Positions 1 to 7,773 of a DNA stretch of 20,000 nt are shown here, one piece after another. The notes under the pieces were generated by a model that did no database searches, was not told where the DNA came from, and saw nothing but the letters and a program-made list of their open reading frames with translations. This stretch comes from an uncultured virus (IMG/VR IMGVR_UViG_3300000302_000058) (Duplodnaviria > Heunggongvirae > Uroviricota > Caudoviricetes): the IMG/VR virus record IMGVR_UViG_3300000302_000058. One strand, 5' to 3'. How positions within the stretch are numbered: position 1 is the stretch's first letter; each line of letters opens with the position of its first letter. The translations under genes and the position numbers were made by a program.

Positions 1-454
1 TGGTAACTATAAAAAGTTTTTGAATAATTCTGCGTATCCATTCCCGAATTCAATTTATCTTATGAAAGCAAATGCCACAATCAACACTGAGCTTTACTCT
101 TACTGTCAGACTCAAATGGGTAGCGGTAAGATTCGTTTCTTAATTGACGAAAACACTGCGAAGAATAAGTTAATGTCTCAGGCTCAGAGTAAGAGAATGG
201 GTAAGGCAAAGCGAGCGGAATATTTGCGGCCATATGTTCTCACTTCTATTCTTGAAGACCAGATGGCTAATCTTATTCAAGAAAATGAGGGTATGAATAT
301 TATTTTGAAGCAGAACAACCGTACAATTAAGAAGGATAAATTTTCGGCGTTGATTTATGCTCTTTCTTGGCCGAAGATGATAGAAGAGAAAGGCGGGCGT
401 AAACGCCGAGGAAATATCAAAGACTTGATGTTGTTCACGAAAGCGAAGCGTTAA
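1..454 (+). CDS. Terminase large subunit, C-terminal part (5'-truncated by window)
   Basis: Frame 2 is open from position 2 to TAA at 452-454. The C-terminal 'IKKDKFSALIYAL' resembles the last acidic motif of the terminase RNase H-like nuclease domain. Lies just upstream of the portal gene. Confidence 0.8.
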   Translation, partial: GNYKKFLNNSAYPFPNSIYLMKANATINTELYSYCQTQMGSGKIRFLIDENTAKNKLMSQAQSKRMGKAKRAEYLRPYVLTSILEDQMANLIQENEGMNIILKQNNRTIKKDKFSALIYALSWPKMIEEKGGRKRRGNIKDLMLFTKAKR

Positions 455-463
455 AACTTTTTT

Positions 464-509
464 GGGCAAAAGATGTTTATTCGCAGCTTTGTTTTTTGAT
501 AATAAGTGA
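464..509 (+). promoter_or_regulatory. Candidate late promoter motif, copy 1
   Basis: GGGCAAAA-gatgt-TTA-N15-TTTGATAATAAGTGA in the intergenic gap after terminase; identical spacing to copies at 2994, 9700 and 14101. Confidence 0.6.
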
Positions 510-533
510 TATATGCTAAAAAGGAGGGATTCT

Positions 534-890
534 GTGCTAAGTTCTAAAGGTGAAAAAAAGATTCACGCTGTTCTAGAGCAATATGGAATCCCTTTTACTG
601 AAGAGTATGAATTTCCCGATTTGATTTCTACAAGTGGGAGGCACTTGCGATTTGATTTTGCGGTATTTAACGACGATGGGTCTTTAGATTTCTTAATCGA
701 GTACCAAGGCAGACAACATTACGAAGCTGTTAAGCATTTTGGTGGAGATAAGGCGGCTCAACGTCAAAAATACAATGATTCCGTCAAACGAGCATATTGT
801 GTCAAACATCATATTCAACTTGTTACGATTCCATTCTGGGATGAAGATAAAATATCTTATGAATACATCATGCAGGCTGCGGGATATTAA
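534..890 (+). CDS. Small PD-(D/E)xK (Vsr/DUF559-like) endonuclease-domain protein
   Basis: Motifs SKGEKKI, EYEFPDL, LRFDFAV, LIEYQGRQHY, D-x-x-K-x-x-YC, LVTIPFW. Start moved from 513 to GTG 534 because AGGAGG lies at 522-527. Confidence 0.75.
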   Translation: MLSSKGEKKIHAVLEQYGIPFTEEYEFPDLISTSGRHLRFDFAVFNDDGSLDFLIEYQGRQHYEAVKHFGGDKAAQRQKYNDSVKRAYCVKHHIQLVTIPFWDEDKISYEYIMQAAGY

Positions 891-901
891 AAGGAGGTGC
901 T

Positions 902-2500
902 ATGGCAAAACTATCTCAAACCCGTCAAAAAGAGATTGACTTTTCTAACTGGTATAAAAATAGTACCTACTATAATAAAATCAAAGTTGGTAGTAAGACG
1001 CTTCGTGATGATGCTTTTTTAAATGTTGATGCAACTACTGCGATTCAGACCAACAGACCAATCAAGAAAGATTTGGTTGTCAAAGCTATTAACTCTAAAG
1101 ATTATAAACAGCTTAGAGTCATTTCGAATTACTTCTATAATAAGAGTGGTATTTATGAACGTCTTATTAAATATATGGCTCACTTTTTCCGTTACGACTT
1201 TTTTGTTACACCGGTACAATATGATAAAACTGTGCCGCAAACGAAGATAATTGAAGGATGGTATAAGGCTTGTTTATTCTTAGAGAATTCTAAACCTAAG
1301 AAGCATCTTTCAGAGATTGCGGTCAAAGTGATTAAGAATGGTTGCTTTTATGGCTATCGTCTAGCTCAGAAAGACCGAGAGTTTTTACAGGAACTTCCAA
1401 TCGACTATTGCCGCAGTCGTTACAATTATAACGGCAAGCCCGCAGTCGAATTTAATGTTAAATATTTTGACGATACTTTTGCAGATAATGACTATCGTCT
1501 TCGTGTAGTGAAGATGTTTCCGAAAGAAATCCAACAGGCGTATGTTGCTTTTAAGAAGGGTATTTTGCCACAAGACTTTAACGGTGATGATAAGGGTTGG
1601 GTGCTTTTAGACCCAACAAAGACCGTTAAGTTTAATATTGATGGTTCTGATATGCCATTATTTATTAGTATCATTCCACATCTTTTGGATTTGGAAAAGG
1701 CTCAAGAAATTGACCTTCAAAAGATGCTTCAACAGATTTTGAAGATTATTATCCAAAAGTTCCCGCTTGATAAGAACAATGACCTTGTATTCGATATTGA
1801 CGAAATGCAAGCATTTCACAATATGGCTGTCGATATGTTGGGCGATGCGGTTGGAGTAGACGTTCTTTCTACTCTTGCGGATGTTGATGTTGCGGATATG
1901 TCTGATAAGGGCAATGTCTCTTCAGTTGACCAACTTGAAAAAGTAGAGCGTACAGTTTACAACGAAGCTGGCGTTTCTCAAATGCAATTTAATAGTGAAG
2001 GTTCTGTTGCTCTTGAACGCTCTATTTCTAATGACGAAGGTAGCTTAACCGATTTGATTCAACAGTTTGAAGAATATCTTGAAGATATGATTCTTCCTTT
2101 GAATCGCAATATTAAGAAGAAGTTAATCTATCGAGTTAATATTTTACCAACTACTGTTTACAATTACAAGGATATGGCATCTACTTATCGTGAACAGACG
2201 ATGCTTGGTTATTCTAAGCTTCTTACTCAGGTTGCTCTTGGAATGCCGCAAACCGTTGTTATGTCTGCGGCGATGTTTGAGAACCAGATGCTTAAACTTG
2301 ATGAAGTATTTATTCCGCCTCAAATGTCTTCTACTATGAGTGGAAACGACAGCGAGGATGAAGATAATAATAAAGACAGTGGTACTACTCAAAGTGGAGA
2401 CACTGGTAATGTTCAACCTCACGACGAGGGCGGCAGACCAGAAGTTGATACGGTTGAGAAGTCTGAAACCACTATCGAGACAGAAGAATCAAGACAGTAG
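902..2500 (+). CDS. Portal protein
   Basis: 532 aa, RBS AAGGAGGTG, located between terminase and prohead protease. Acidic low-complexity C-terminal tail with a GGRP motif, as is common in phage portals. Confidence 0.8.
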   Translation: MAKLSQTRQKEIDFSNWYKNSTYYNKIKVGSKTLRDDAFLNVDATTAIQTNRPIKKDLVVKAINSKDYKQLRVISNYFYNKSGIYERLIKYMAHFFRYDFFVTPVQYDKTVPQTKIIEGWYKACLFLENSKPKKHLSEIAVKVIKNGCFYGYRLAQKDREFLQELPIDYCRSRYNYNGKPAVEFNVKYFDDTFADNDYRLRVVKMFPKEIQQAYVAFKKGILPQDFNGDDKGWVLLDPTKTVKFNIDGSDMPLFISIIPHLLDLEKAQEIDLQKMLQQILKIIIQKFPLDKNNDLVFDIDEMQAFHNMAVDMLGDAVGVDVLSTLADVDVADMSDKGNVSSVDQLEKVERTVYNEAGVSQMQFNSEGSVALERSISNDEGSLTDLIQQFEEYLEDMILPLNRNIKKKLIYRVNILPTTVYNYKDMASTYREQTMLGYSKLLTQVALGMPQTVVMSAAMFENQMLKLDEVFIPPQMSSTMSGNDSEDEDNNKDSGTTQSGDTGNVQPHDEGGRPEVDTVEKSETTIETEESRQ

Positions 2501-2512
2501 GAGGTTATAAGA

Positions 2513-3997
2513 ATGATTTCTAATCGCTCTGTAGCCACTATTGATAGACCGGAATTTATTGATATTCAACCTTACAATCCTCTTATCTCACAATGTACCA
2601 TCAAGGTGCTTTATCTTGGTAAGAATCGTAACGGTTCTTTTATTGATAAGAATACGGCTATTCAAATGGCTAATTCATTACCGGGCACGCCGATTGTTGG
2701 GGCGTGGCGTAAGGATATCGAAGACTTTGGTGACCACGGCCATGTAATCACTATTGAAGATGGCGAGATTAAGTTTGCTTGCAAGACCGTTCCTTACGGC
2801 TTTGTTGCTCCCGGTGCTCGTGTTTGGTTCCAGAAGTTTAACGATATTGATGATTTTGGAAACGAAACTGAACGTGAATATATGATGACCACTGGCTATC
2901 TATGGACTGGACAGTTCCCAGAAGCTCAGAAGGTTATTGATGAAGGCCAAAATCAATCAATGGAACTAGATGAAGAACATTTGGACGGTCATTGGGCAAA
3001 TGACGCTAAAAGTGGGATGGACTTTTTCATTATCAATGATGCGGTATTCAGTAAACTCTGTATTCTAGGAGACGATGTAGAACCTTGTTTCGAAGGTGCC
3101 TCAGTCTTAGGTGGAGTTGACAACAACTATACAGAAGATACTGAATTCACGCATACATTATATACTATGATTAAACAACTTCAGGATATAATCGGCACCA
3201 CAGAAGGAGGGAAGAATATGCCAAAAAAGCCAGAAGAGTTAGAACAGACTGAGGTAGTCACTGAGTTCGTTGCCGGAAGTGGTAAGGACGAAGAAAAGAA
3301 AGACGAAACTCAGACTGAAACTAAAGATTCCGACGCTGAGAAGGAAGAAACTCCTTCTGAGGAGGAAGCCGAACCTGCGGCAGATGAAGAAAAGAAAGAG
3401 CCTNNNNNNNNNNNNNNNNNNNNNNNNNNNNNNNNNNNNNNNNNNNNNNNNNNNNNNNNNNNNNNNNNNNNNNNNNNNNNNNNNNNNNNNNNNNNTAAAA
3501 AAGAGCACGCTCTAGAAGAGTCTGAGCAGGAAGCTGAGGAAGAAAAGCCCGAAACTGAGCACGCTCTTGAAGAAGAACCTGCGGCTAAGGTTGAACCTGT
3601 TGTAGAACATTCTGCGGCAGAAGATGTTGAACCGGAACCTGCAAAAGTTAACTTTGCTCTTGAAGAGGAGAACAAGGAACTTCGTGCCGAGCTAGAGGCT
3701 CTTCGTCAGTTTAAACTTGATATCGAGAACAAAGAGAAGGATGCTTTGATTGCTAAGTATCATATGCTTAGCGACGAAGACAAGGCGGATATTATTGCTC
3801 ATAAAGAAGAATATACTTTAGAGCAAATTGACGAGAAACTTGCTCTCGTCTACGTCCGCAAGAACGTTGATTTCTCTACTGTTGATGGTCACCAAGAGGA
3901 AGAAGAGAAGATGGATTCCATTCTTTCCTTCTCCCTTGATGATAGTGAGGATGCGGAAGTTGTCAGCGACATTCAAGCTGCATTCCGTGCAATGTAA
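2513..3997 (+). CDS. Prohead maturation protease fused to acidic/coiled-coil scaffold domain
   Basis: The N-terminal ~235 aa carry KVLYLGKNRNGS, GTPIVG, GYLW, QSMEL and LCILGDDVEPCFEGASV motifs typical of caudoviral prohead proteases. The C-terminal half is very Glu-rich, then helical. The frame is preserved across the N gap as given. Confidence 0.75.
   Translation: MISNRSVATIDRPEFIDIQPYNPLISQCTIKVLYLGKNRNGSFIDKNTAIQMANSLPGTPIVGAWRKDIEDFGDHGHVITIEDGEIKFACKTVPYGFVAPGARVWFQKFNDIDDFGNETEREYMMTTGYLWTGQFPEAQKVIDEGQNQSMELDEEHLDGHWANDAKSGMDFFIINDAVFSKLCILGDDVEPCFEGASVLGGVDNNYTEDTEFTHTLYTMIKQLQDIIGTTEGGKNMPKKPEELEQTEVVTEFVAGSGKDEEKKDETQTETKDSDAEKEETPSEEEAEPAADEEKKEPXXXXXXXXXXXXXXXXXXXXXXXXXXXXXXXKKEHALEESEQEAEEEKPETEHALEEEPAAKVEPVVEHSAAEDVEPEPAKVNFALEEENKELRAELEALRQFKLDIENKEKDALIAKYHMLSDEDKADIIAHKEEYTLEQIDEKLALVYVRKNVDFSTVDGHQEEEEKMDSILSFSLDDSEDAEVVSDIQAAFRAM
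2994..3039 (+). promoter_or_regulatory. Candidate late promoter motif, copy 2 (intragenic)
   Basis: GGGCAAAT-gacgc-TAA-N15-TTTCATTATCAATGA, about 180 nt upstream of the internal ATG at 3218. Confidence 0.5.
3218..3997 (+). CDS. Putative nested scaffold protein (in-frame internal start within protease gene)
   Basis: AAGGAGG at 3204-3210, 7 nt before the in-frame ATG 3218 (M236, MPKKPEELE...), exactly where composition switches to acidic low complexity. Confidence 0.6.
   Translation: MPKKPEELEQTEVVTEFVAGSGKDEEKKDETQTETKDSDAEKEETPSEEEAEPAADEEKKEPXXXXXXXXXXXXXXXXXXXXXXXXXXXXXXXKKEHALEESEQEAEEEKPETEHALEEEPAAKVEPVVEHSAAEDVEPEPAKVNFALEEENKELRAELEALRQFKLDIENKEKDALIAKYHMLSDEDKADIIAHKEEYTLEQIDEKLALVYVRKNVDFSTVDGHQEEEEKMDSILSFSLDDSEDAEVVSDIQAAFRAM
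3404..3495. other. Assembly gap (92 N)
   Basis: Run of N inside the repetitive Glu-rich scaffold region; the true length is unknown. Confidence 0.99.
3503..3669 (+). repeat. Degenerate coding repeats in scaffold (EHALEE / EHSAAE / NFALEE)
   Basis: GAGCACGCTCTAGAAGA at 3503 and GAGCACGCTCTTGAAGA at 3557 (54 nt apart); GAACCTGC recurs at 3371, 3575 and 3635. Confidence 0.6.
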
Positions 3998-4027
3998 AAA
4001 CTATTTTTAGAAGGAGGAAAGTAGCAA

Positions 4028-4534
4028 ATGGCAGTATCTATTGCTAAGGCTAACGTTAAAGGCTATCGCCAAGTCGAGCCTAACCATCTAAGTGCTCCAC
4101 GCGACGGTCGCGTTTACGCACAACTTCCCGCAGCCGAAGATATTGAAGTGCTTGAACAGGGCACTTTCGTAAAGTATGACTATGCCAATGGCGAAGTCAA
4201 CTTCACCGGCAAAGGCCCTTGGATGATGGTTTTCAATGAGGAAAAACTATATGACGAGCGTAAGCAGATGCACCGTGATTTCGCTCAGCTTAAAGAGGAT
4301 GATATTCACGGCGTAATCGTTCCTCGTGTATTCGGCATGGTTCCCGGTGATATTTTCACCACTAACAACCTTGCTGATGGTTCCTACAATGTAGGTGACC
4401 TACTTGCTCCCGGTGCTGACGGTATTCTTGCCGCTGGTGGCACCGAGGGTGACGATCTTTGTGTTGAAGTCGTAAAAGAAACCACTATGCCTGACATGCA
4501 GCCTGCTGTCAAGGTTCGTGTTATTTCTGCTTAA
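4028..4534 (+). CDS. Capsid accessory / head decoration (stabilising) protein
   Basis: 168 aa, Gly-rich and beta-like, between scaffold and MCP. Strong RBS AAGGAGG and the same highly biased codon usage as the MCP. Confidence 0.55.
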   Translation: MAVSIAKANVKGYRQVEPNHLSAPRDGRVYAQLPAAEDIEVLEQGTFVKYDYANGEVNFTGKGPWMMVFNEEKLYDERKQMHRDFAQLKEDDIHGVIVPRVFGMVPGDIFTTNNLADGSYNVGDLLAPGADGILAAGGTEGDDLCVEVVKETTMPDMQPAVKVRVISA

Positions 4535-4556
4535 TTGAGGGGAGGTAAATAGTATA

Positions 4557-5591
4557 ATGGAGCTTTTAAAGTTTGATTCTCTTGTAAAGCTTGCTGTTGC
4601 AGCTTCTAACAAGACTTCTTTCAGTTTCTCTGAGAACGAGAAATATTCTGCCGAGCAGACTTCTGACCTACTTCGTGCTCAGATGAATCTTCTTGCCCAC
4701 GATTATCGTTCTTTCCGTGAGAACAAGAACACTATCTTCTCTCTAATCGAGCAGACTATTGACGAGGTTCTTCCTGCTAAGGTTCTACAGCAGTATGAGC
4801 AATTTGCGGATATTAGCACTGTTGCTCAAGGTGATAAGGTTGTATTCGTTCGCCGCATCACCGAAGCTTCTCGTATGCGTGCTAAGCAGTTCGTTACTCA
4901 GGTTGGCCTAGCTGGTCGTTACGAGACATTCATGCTCGACGGCGAGCGTCTTGAGGTCAAGACTAGTGCTATTGGTTCTGCCGCTCGTATCGGCTTCGAA
5001 GAGTTCCTTGATGGTCGTATTCAGTTCTCCGACCTTACCGATGTTATCATCGAAGCTATGGACGAGTACATTTACCGTGAGATTGCCAAGGCTCTTGCCA
5101 CCGCAGTTGAAGAGCTTCCTGCTCCTAACAAGGTAACTGCTTCTACCTTCGACGCTGCTTCTATGGACAGACTTCTTGCTATCGCTGACGCTTATGCTGG
5201 TGCTCCTGCTACAATTTATTGTACTTATGAGTTCGCCGCAACCATGCTTCCTGCTGAGGCTTGGGCTTCTAATGATATGAAGAACACTATTTGGGGCGAA
5301 GGTTATCTACCTCGTTACAAGGGTCACAACATCGTTCTTCTTCCTCAGTCTATGGAAGATGCTACCAACGCTAAGAAAGTAATCGACCCATCTAACGCTT
5401 ACATCATCAACTCTGGTGTTGAGAAGCCTGTCAAGATTGCTTTCGAGGGTCAGACCGCTGTCCGCGAGGTTTCTGACAATGATGACTGGAGCCGTGATAT
5501 GCAGACCTACAAGAAGTTTGGTGTTGCTATTCTAACCAATCCTTCTATCTGCGTATACAAGAACAGCTCCCTTAAGCTAGAGACTGTTTGA
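4557..5591 (+). CDS. Major capsid protein (HK97 fold expected)
   Basis: 344 aa, RBS GGAGGT, strongly biased codons (GCT, CGT, TTC, AAC) indicating high expression, canonical position in the head module. Ends at TGA 5589-5591. Confidence 0.85.
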   Translation: MELLKFDSLVKLAVAASNKTSFSFSENEKYSAEQTSDLLRAQMNLLAHDYRSFRENKNTIFSLIEQTIDEVLPAKVLQQYEQFADISTVAQGDKVVFVRRITEASRMRAKQFVTQVGLAGRYETFMLDGERLEVKTSAIGSAARIGFEEFLDGRIQFSDLTDVIIEAMDEYIYREIAKALATAVEELPAPNKVTASTFDAASMDRLLAIADAYAGAPATIYCTYEFAATMLPAEAWASNDMKNTIWGEGYLPRYKGHNIVLLPQSMEDATNAKKVIDPSNAYIINSGVEKPVKIAFEGQTAVREVSDNDDWSRDMQTYKKFGVAILTNPSICVYKNSSLKLETV

Positions 5592-6248
5592 GAAGAACCA
5601 GACCCAGAGCCAGAACCACCTGAACCAGGGCAAGAAACACACGCTGACGTTGCTAACGTAACTCAGTTGCGTGCAGCTCTGGACAATCCTCAGATTGAGA
5701 CGATTGCTCTAACTGGCAACTTCTCTACTTCTACAACTGTTTCCGTGAATCGTGCGGTAGATATCGACGGTCAAAATCACACTATCACGTTTACTAACAC
5801 TGGTCAGAACTTTGTAGTTGTAGCTAGTGGTACTAACGTACATGATTTAATAATCAAGAATACTGCGGCTGATACTACAGAATGGAATAGCACTTACGCT
5901 ATCCAATTCTACAAGGGCACGTATGACATTCACGATTTGACCGCAACGGGAGCTAATGCTGGTATCCTAATCAATAGCTCTACTGCTACCATCGGTGACA
6001 ATGTAGACGTTTCTGGCAATAACTTCGGAGGAATCGAGGTTTCACAGAGTTCTAGTCCCGACATGCCAGCTTCGCAAGCTACCATCAACTCTGTAATCAC
6101 CAATACTACAGAGGCTTACGGTAAGCCAACGGTTTGGACTGACGGGGAAAACGCCACAGTTATGGATAACACTGGCATGACCGCCAACGGTGAGGTCAAG
6201 GTCGGTCAGGTTCAGTATTACCTAAACGAAGAGAACTCCCACGAGTAG
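5592..6248 (+). CDS. In-frame C-terminal extension of MCP: Pro/Glu linker plus beta-helix (pectate-lyase-like) domain, probably made by TGA readthrough
   Basis: Same frame as MCP and open from the codon after TGA: EEPDPEPEPPEPGQETHADVANVTQLRAALDNPQIETIALTGN... to TAG 6246-6248. No RBS precedes the TTG at 5667 used by the ORF track. Confidence 0.7.
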   Translation, partial: EEPDPEPEPPEPGQETHADVANVTQLRAALDNPQIETIALTGNFSTSTTVSVNRAVDIDGQNHTITFTNTGQNFVVVASGTNVHDLIIKNTAADTTEWNSTYAIQFYKGTYDIHDLTATGANAGILINSSTATIGDNVDVSGNNFGGIEVSQSSSPDMPASQATINSVITNTTEAYGKPTVWTDGENATVMDNTGMTANGEVKVGQVQYYLNEENSHE

Positions 6249-6286
6249 GCTCTAGGTACTGAACATTAAATAGCTTTATTGTAAGG

Positions 6287-6327
6287 ACGGGGAGGGTGAT
6301 ACTAAATCCCCTCCCCGTTTTTATTTT
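6287..6327 (+). terminator. Rho-independent terminator after capsid operon
   Basis: Stem ACGGGGAGGG (6287-6296) / CCCTCCCCGT (6309-6318) followed by TTTTATTTT. Confidence 0.85.
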
Positions 6328-6349
6328 AGGAGAAAAAAGGAGAAAAATT

Positions 6350-6919
6350 ATGGCAGTTATTCGTGTTACTGAGCTTAGTGATACTGACAAAGTTATTATT
6401 CGTAATCTTGTCAATCATCCTGTAGTCATTGTAACCCCAATTCACAAGAAGCGTTTCGACCTTCCGCCCCACGGGGAAATGGAAGTAATGGTCGTAGATG
6501 TGCGGGAATGCTCTTACGACCAAGGTTGTCGTAATATGTTCCGTGATTATGTCCAAATTTGCGACCCAGAACTCGCTAAAGAGTTTGGCGTTTACGAAGA
6601 CGTTGTGGAATATAACTGGGGTGATAAGGAAATCACCGAAGCTCTAACTACTGCTCCAATTGAAGTGCTATTGGATGCTCTTGATTTTGCTCCCGATGGT
6701 ATTAAGGAAGCGATTCTAGACAAAGCTGTTGAACTTGAAATTCCTGATACTCGCCGTCGTGAGGCTATTAGCGAGGCTCTTGGAGTCAATGTTGATAACA
6801 AGATTAAAAACAAGCGTGATTCTCAGACTGGTGCCGAACCAGTTGCAAAGAAGGCTCGCCGTCGTGTTTCTTCCAATAGCTCTGAAACTAAGCAACGCCG
6901 CGTAGCAAAAGCGGAGTAA
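6350..6919 (+). CDS. Hypothetical virion morphogenesis protein
   Basis: ATG 6350 with AAGGAG RBS; the track start at 6296 falls inside the terminator. Basic C-terminal tail; lies directly after the MCP block. Confidence 0.7.
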   Translation: MAVIRVTELSDTDKVIIRNLVNHPVVIVTPIHKKRFDLPPHGEMEVMVVDVRECSYDQGCRNMFRDYVQICDPELAKEFGVYEDVVEYNWGDKEITEALTTAPIEVLLDALDFAPDGIKEAILDKAVELEIPDTRRREAISEALGVNVDNKIKNKRDSQTGAEPVAKKARRRVSSNSSETKQRRVAKAE

Positions 6920-6937
6920 TATAAAGAAGGAGGAATT

Positions 6938-7453
6938 ATGCCAGATTGTGCAAATACTCCTGAGTATACTACCTTTCAAGAAGTGTATGATGCCTTTACC
7001 TCTGGTATCACAGATGATATGTTTATGGAAATGACAAAAGAGGATACGGATGAAATTCTTGAAGAATTGCTAATGGCGGCTTTACCTCATTTTGAATTCC
7101 CACGGCAGGATATTTTTAATCTTGATAAATATAATAAAAGATTTAAATGTCTTCTTACTGCCGAAGAAATACGTATCATTCGTTCTTACATGGTAGTAGA
7201 ATGGATTAACTATCAACTTGCTAGTATTGAAAACGTGCGGCAAAAATATAGTGGAAGTGATTTTAGTTTCACTTCACAAGCTTCTCATATGGATAAGCTA
7301 ATTAAACTTCGTGAGACTTATAAAGACGAAGGATTCAAACTACAAAGACTCTACAAACGTCGCCGTAGAGCAGAGGATGGTTCTTACACATCGACTTTCA
7401 GAAAGATTATGTCTAAGCAACCTCGAAAGTTTGGTGACGTGTATGAGCCTTAA
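6938..7453 (+). CDS. Putative head-tail adaptor/connector protein
   Basis: 171 aa, predicted helical, RBS AAGGAGG, neck-gene position. Function inferred from gene order. Confidence 0.5.
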   Translation: MPDCANTPEYTTFQEVYDAFTSGITDDMFMEMTKEDTDEILEELLMAALPHFEFPRQDIFNLDKYNKRFKCLLTAEEIRIIRSYMVVEWINYQLASIENVRQKYSGSDFSFTSQASHMDKLIKLRETYKDEGFKLQRLYKRRRRAEDGSYTSTFRKIMSKQPRKFGDVYEP

Positions 7454-7763
7454 GATTGTTGATATTACTTGTAATAGGAGCGTGGTAGCTGAAAAACTAC
7501 ACAAGCTCACAGGACAAGTATTTCGTTTACTCCCGGCTCGTGAAGAGGGGGAGGATTGGATTAAGCCTCTAGAGACGGTTATTGTAGAGCTATCTGGTTT
7601 GTTTAATTTACTTGATGATTTACAAACTGGATTGACTGTGATTAGTAAGCTTGAAGGTTTGCGGCAACAGGGTGTGGATGTTGAATTTCCTCTTTATCGC
7701 CGCACAATTTTCGAGTGTTGTACTCTTTTATCTAATTTAGAACAGCAAATGCTCGAAGGCTAG
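7443..7763 (+). CDS. Hypothetical protein (neck region)
   Basis: ATG 7443 preceded by GGTGA and overlapping the previous gene's end by 11 nt; 106 aa, helical. The track start at 7311 is unlikely. Confidence 0.65.
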   Translation: MSLKIVDITCNRSVVAEKLHKLTGQVFRLLPAREEGEDWIKPLETVIVELSGLFNLLDDLQTGLTVISKLEGLRQQGVDVEFPLYRRTIFECCTLLSNLEQQMLEG

Positions 7764-7773
7764 GAGGTTTCAA

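Noticed and set aside
3360..3670. CRISPR array or non-coding repeat around the N gap
   Set aside because: The repeats are short, degenerate, in-frame coding units with no constant repeat-spacer period.
5583..5665. +1 frameshift (prfB-like) or selenocysteine insertion at the MCP GTT TGA
   Set aside because: The +1 frame closes after about 25 codons while the 0 frame carries the domain. No convincing SECIS-like hairpin directly follows the TGA, and the position is a linker rather than a catalytic site.
5667..6248. Independent 193-aa gene starting at TTG 5667
   Set aside because: No Shine-Dalgarno upstream, unlike nearly all other genes here. The start would fall inside the domain's first helix, and the upstream in-frame linker would be unexplained.
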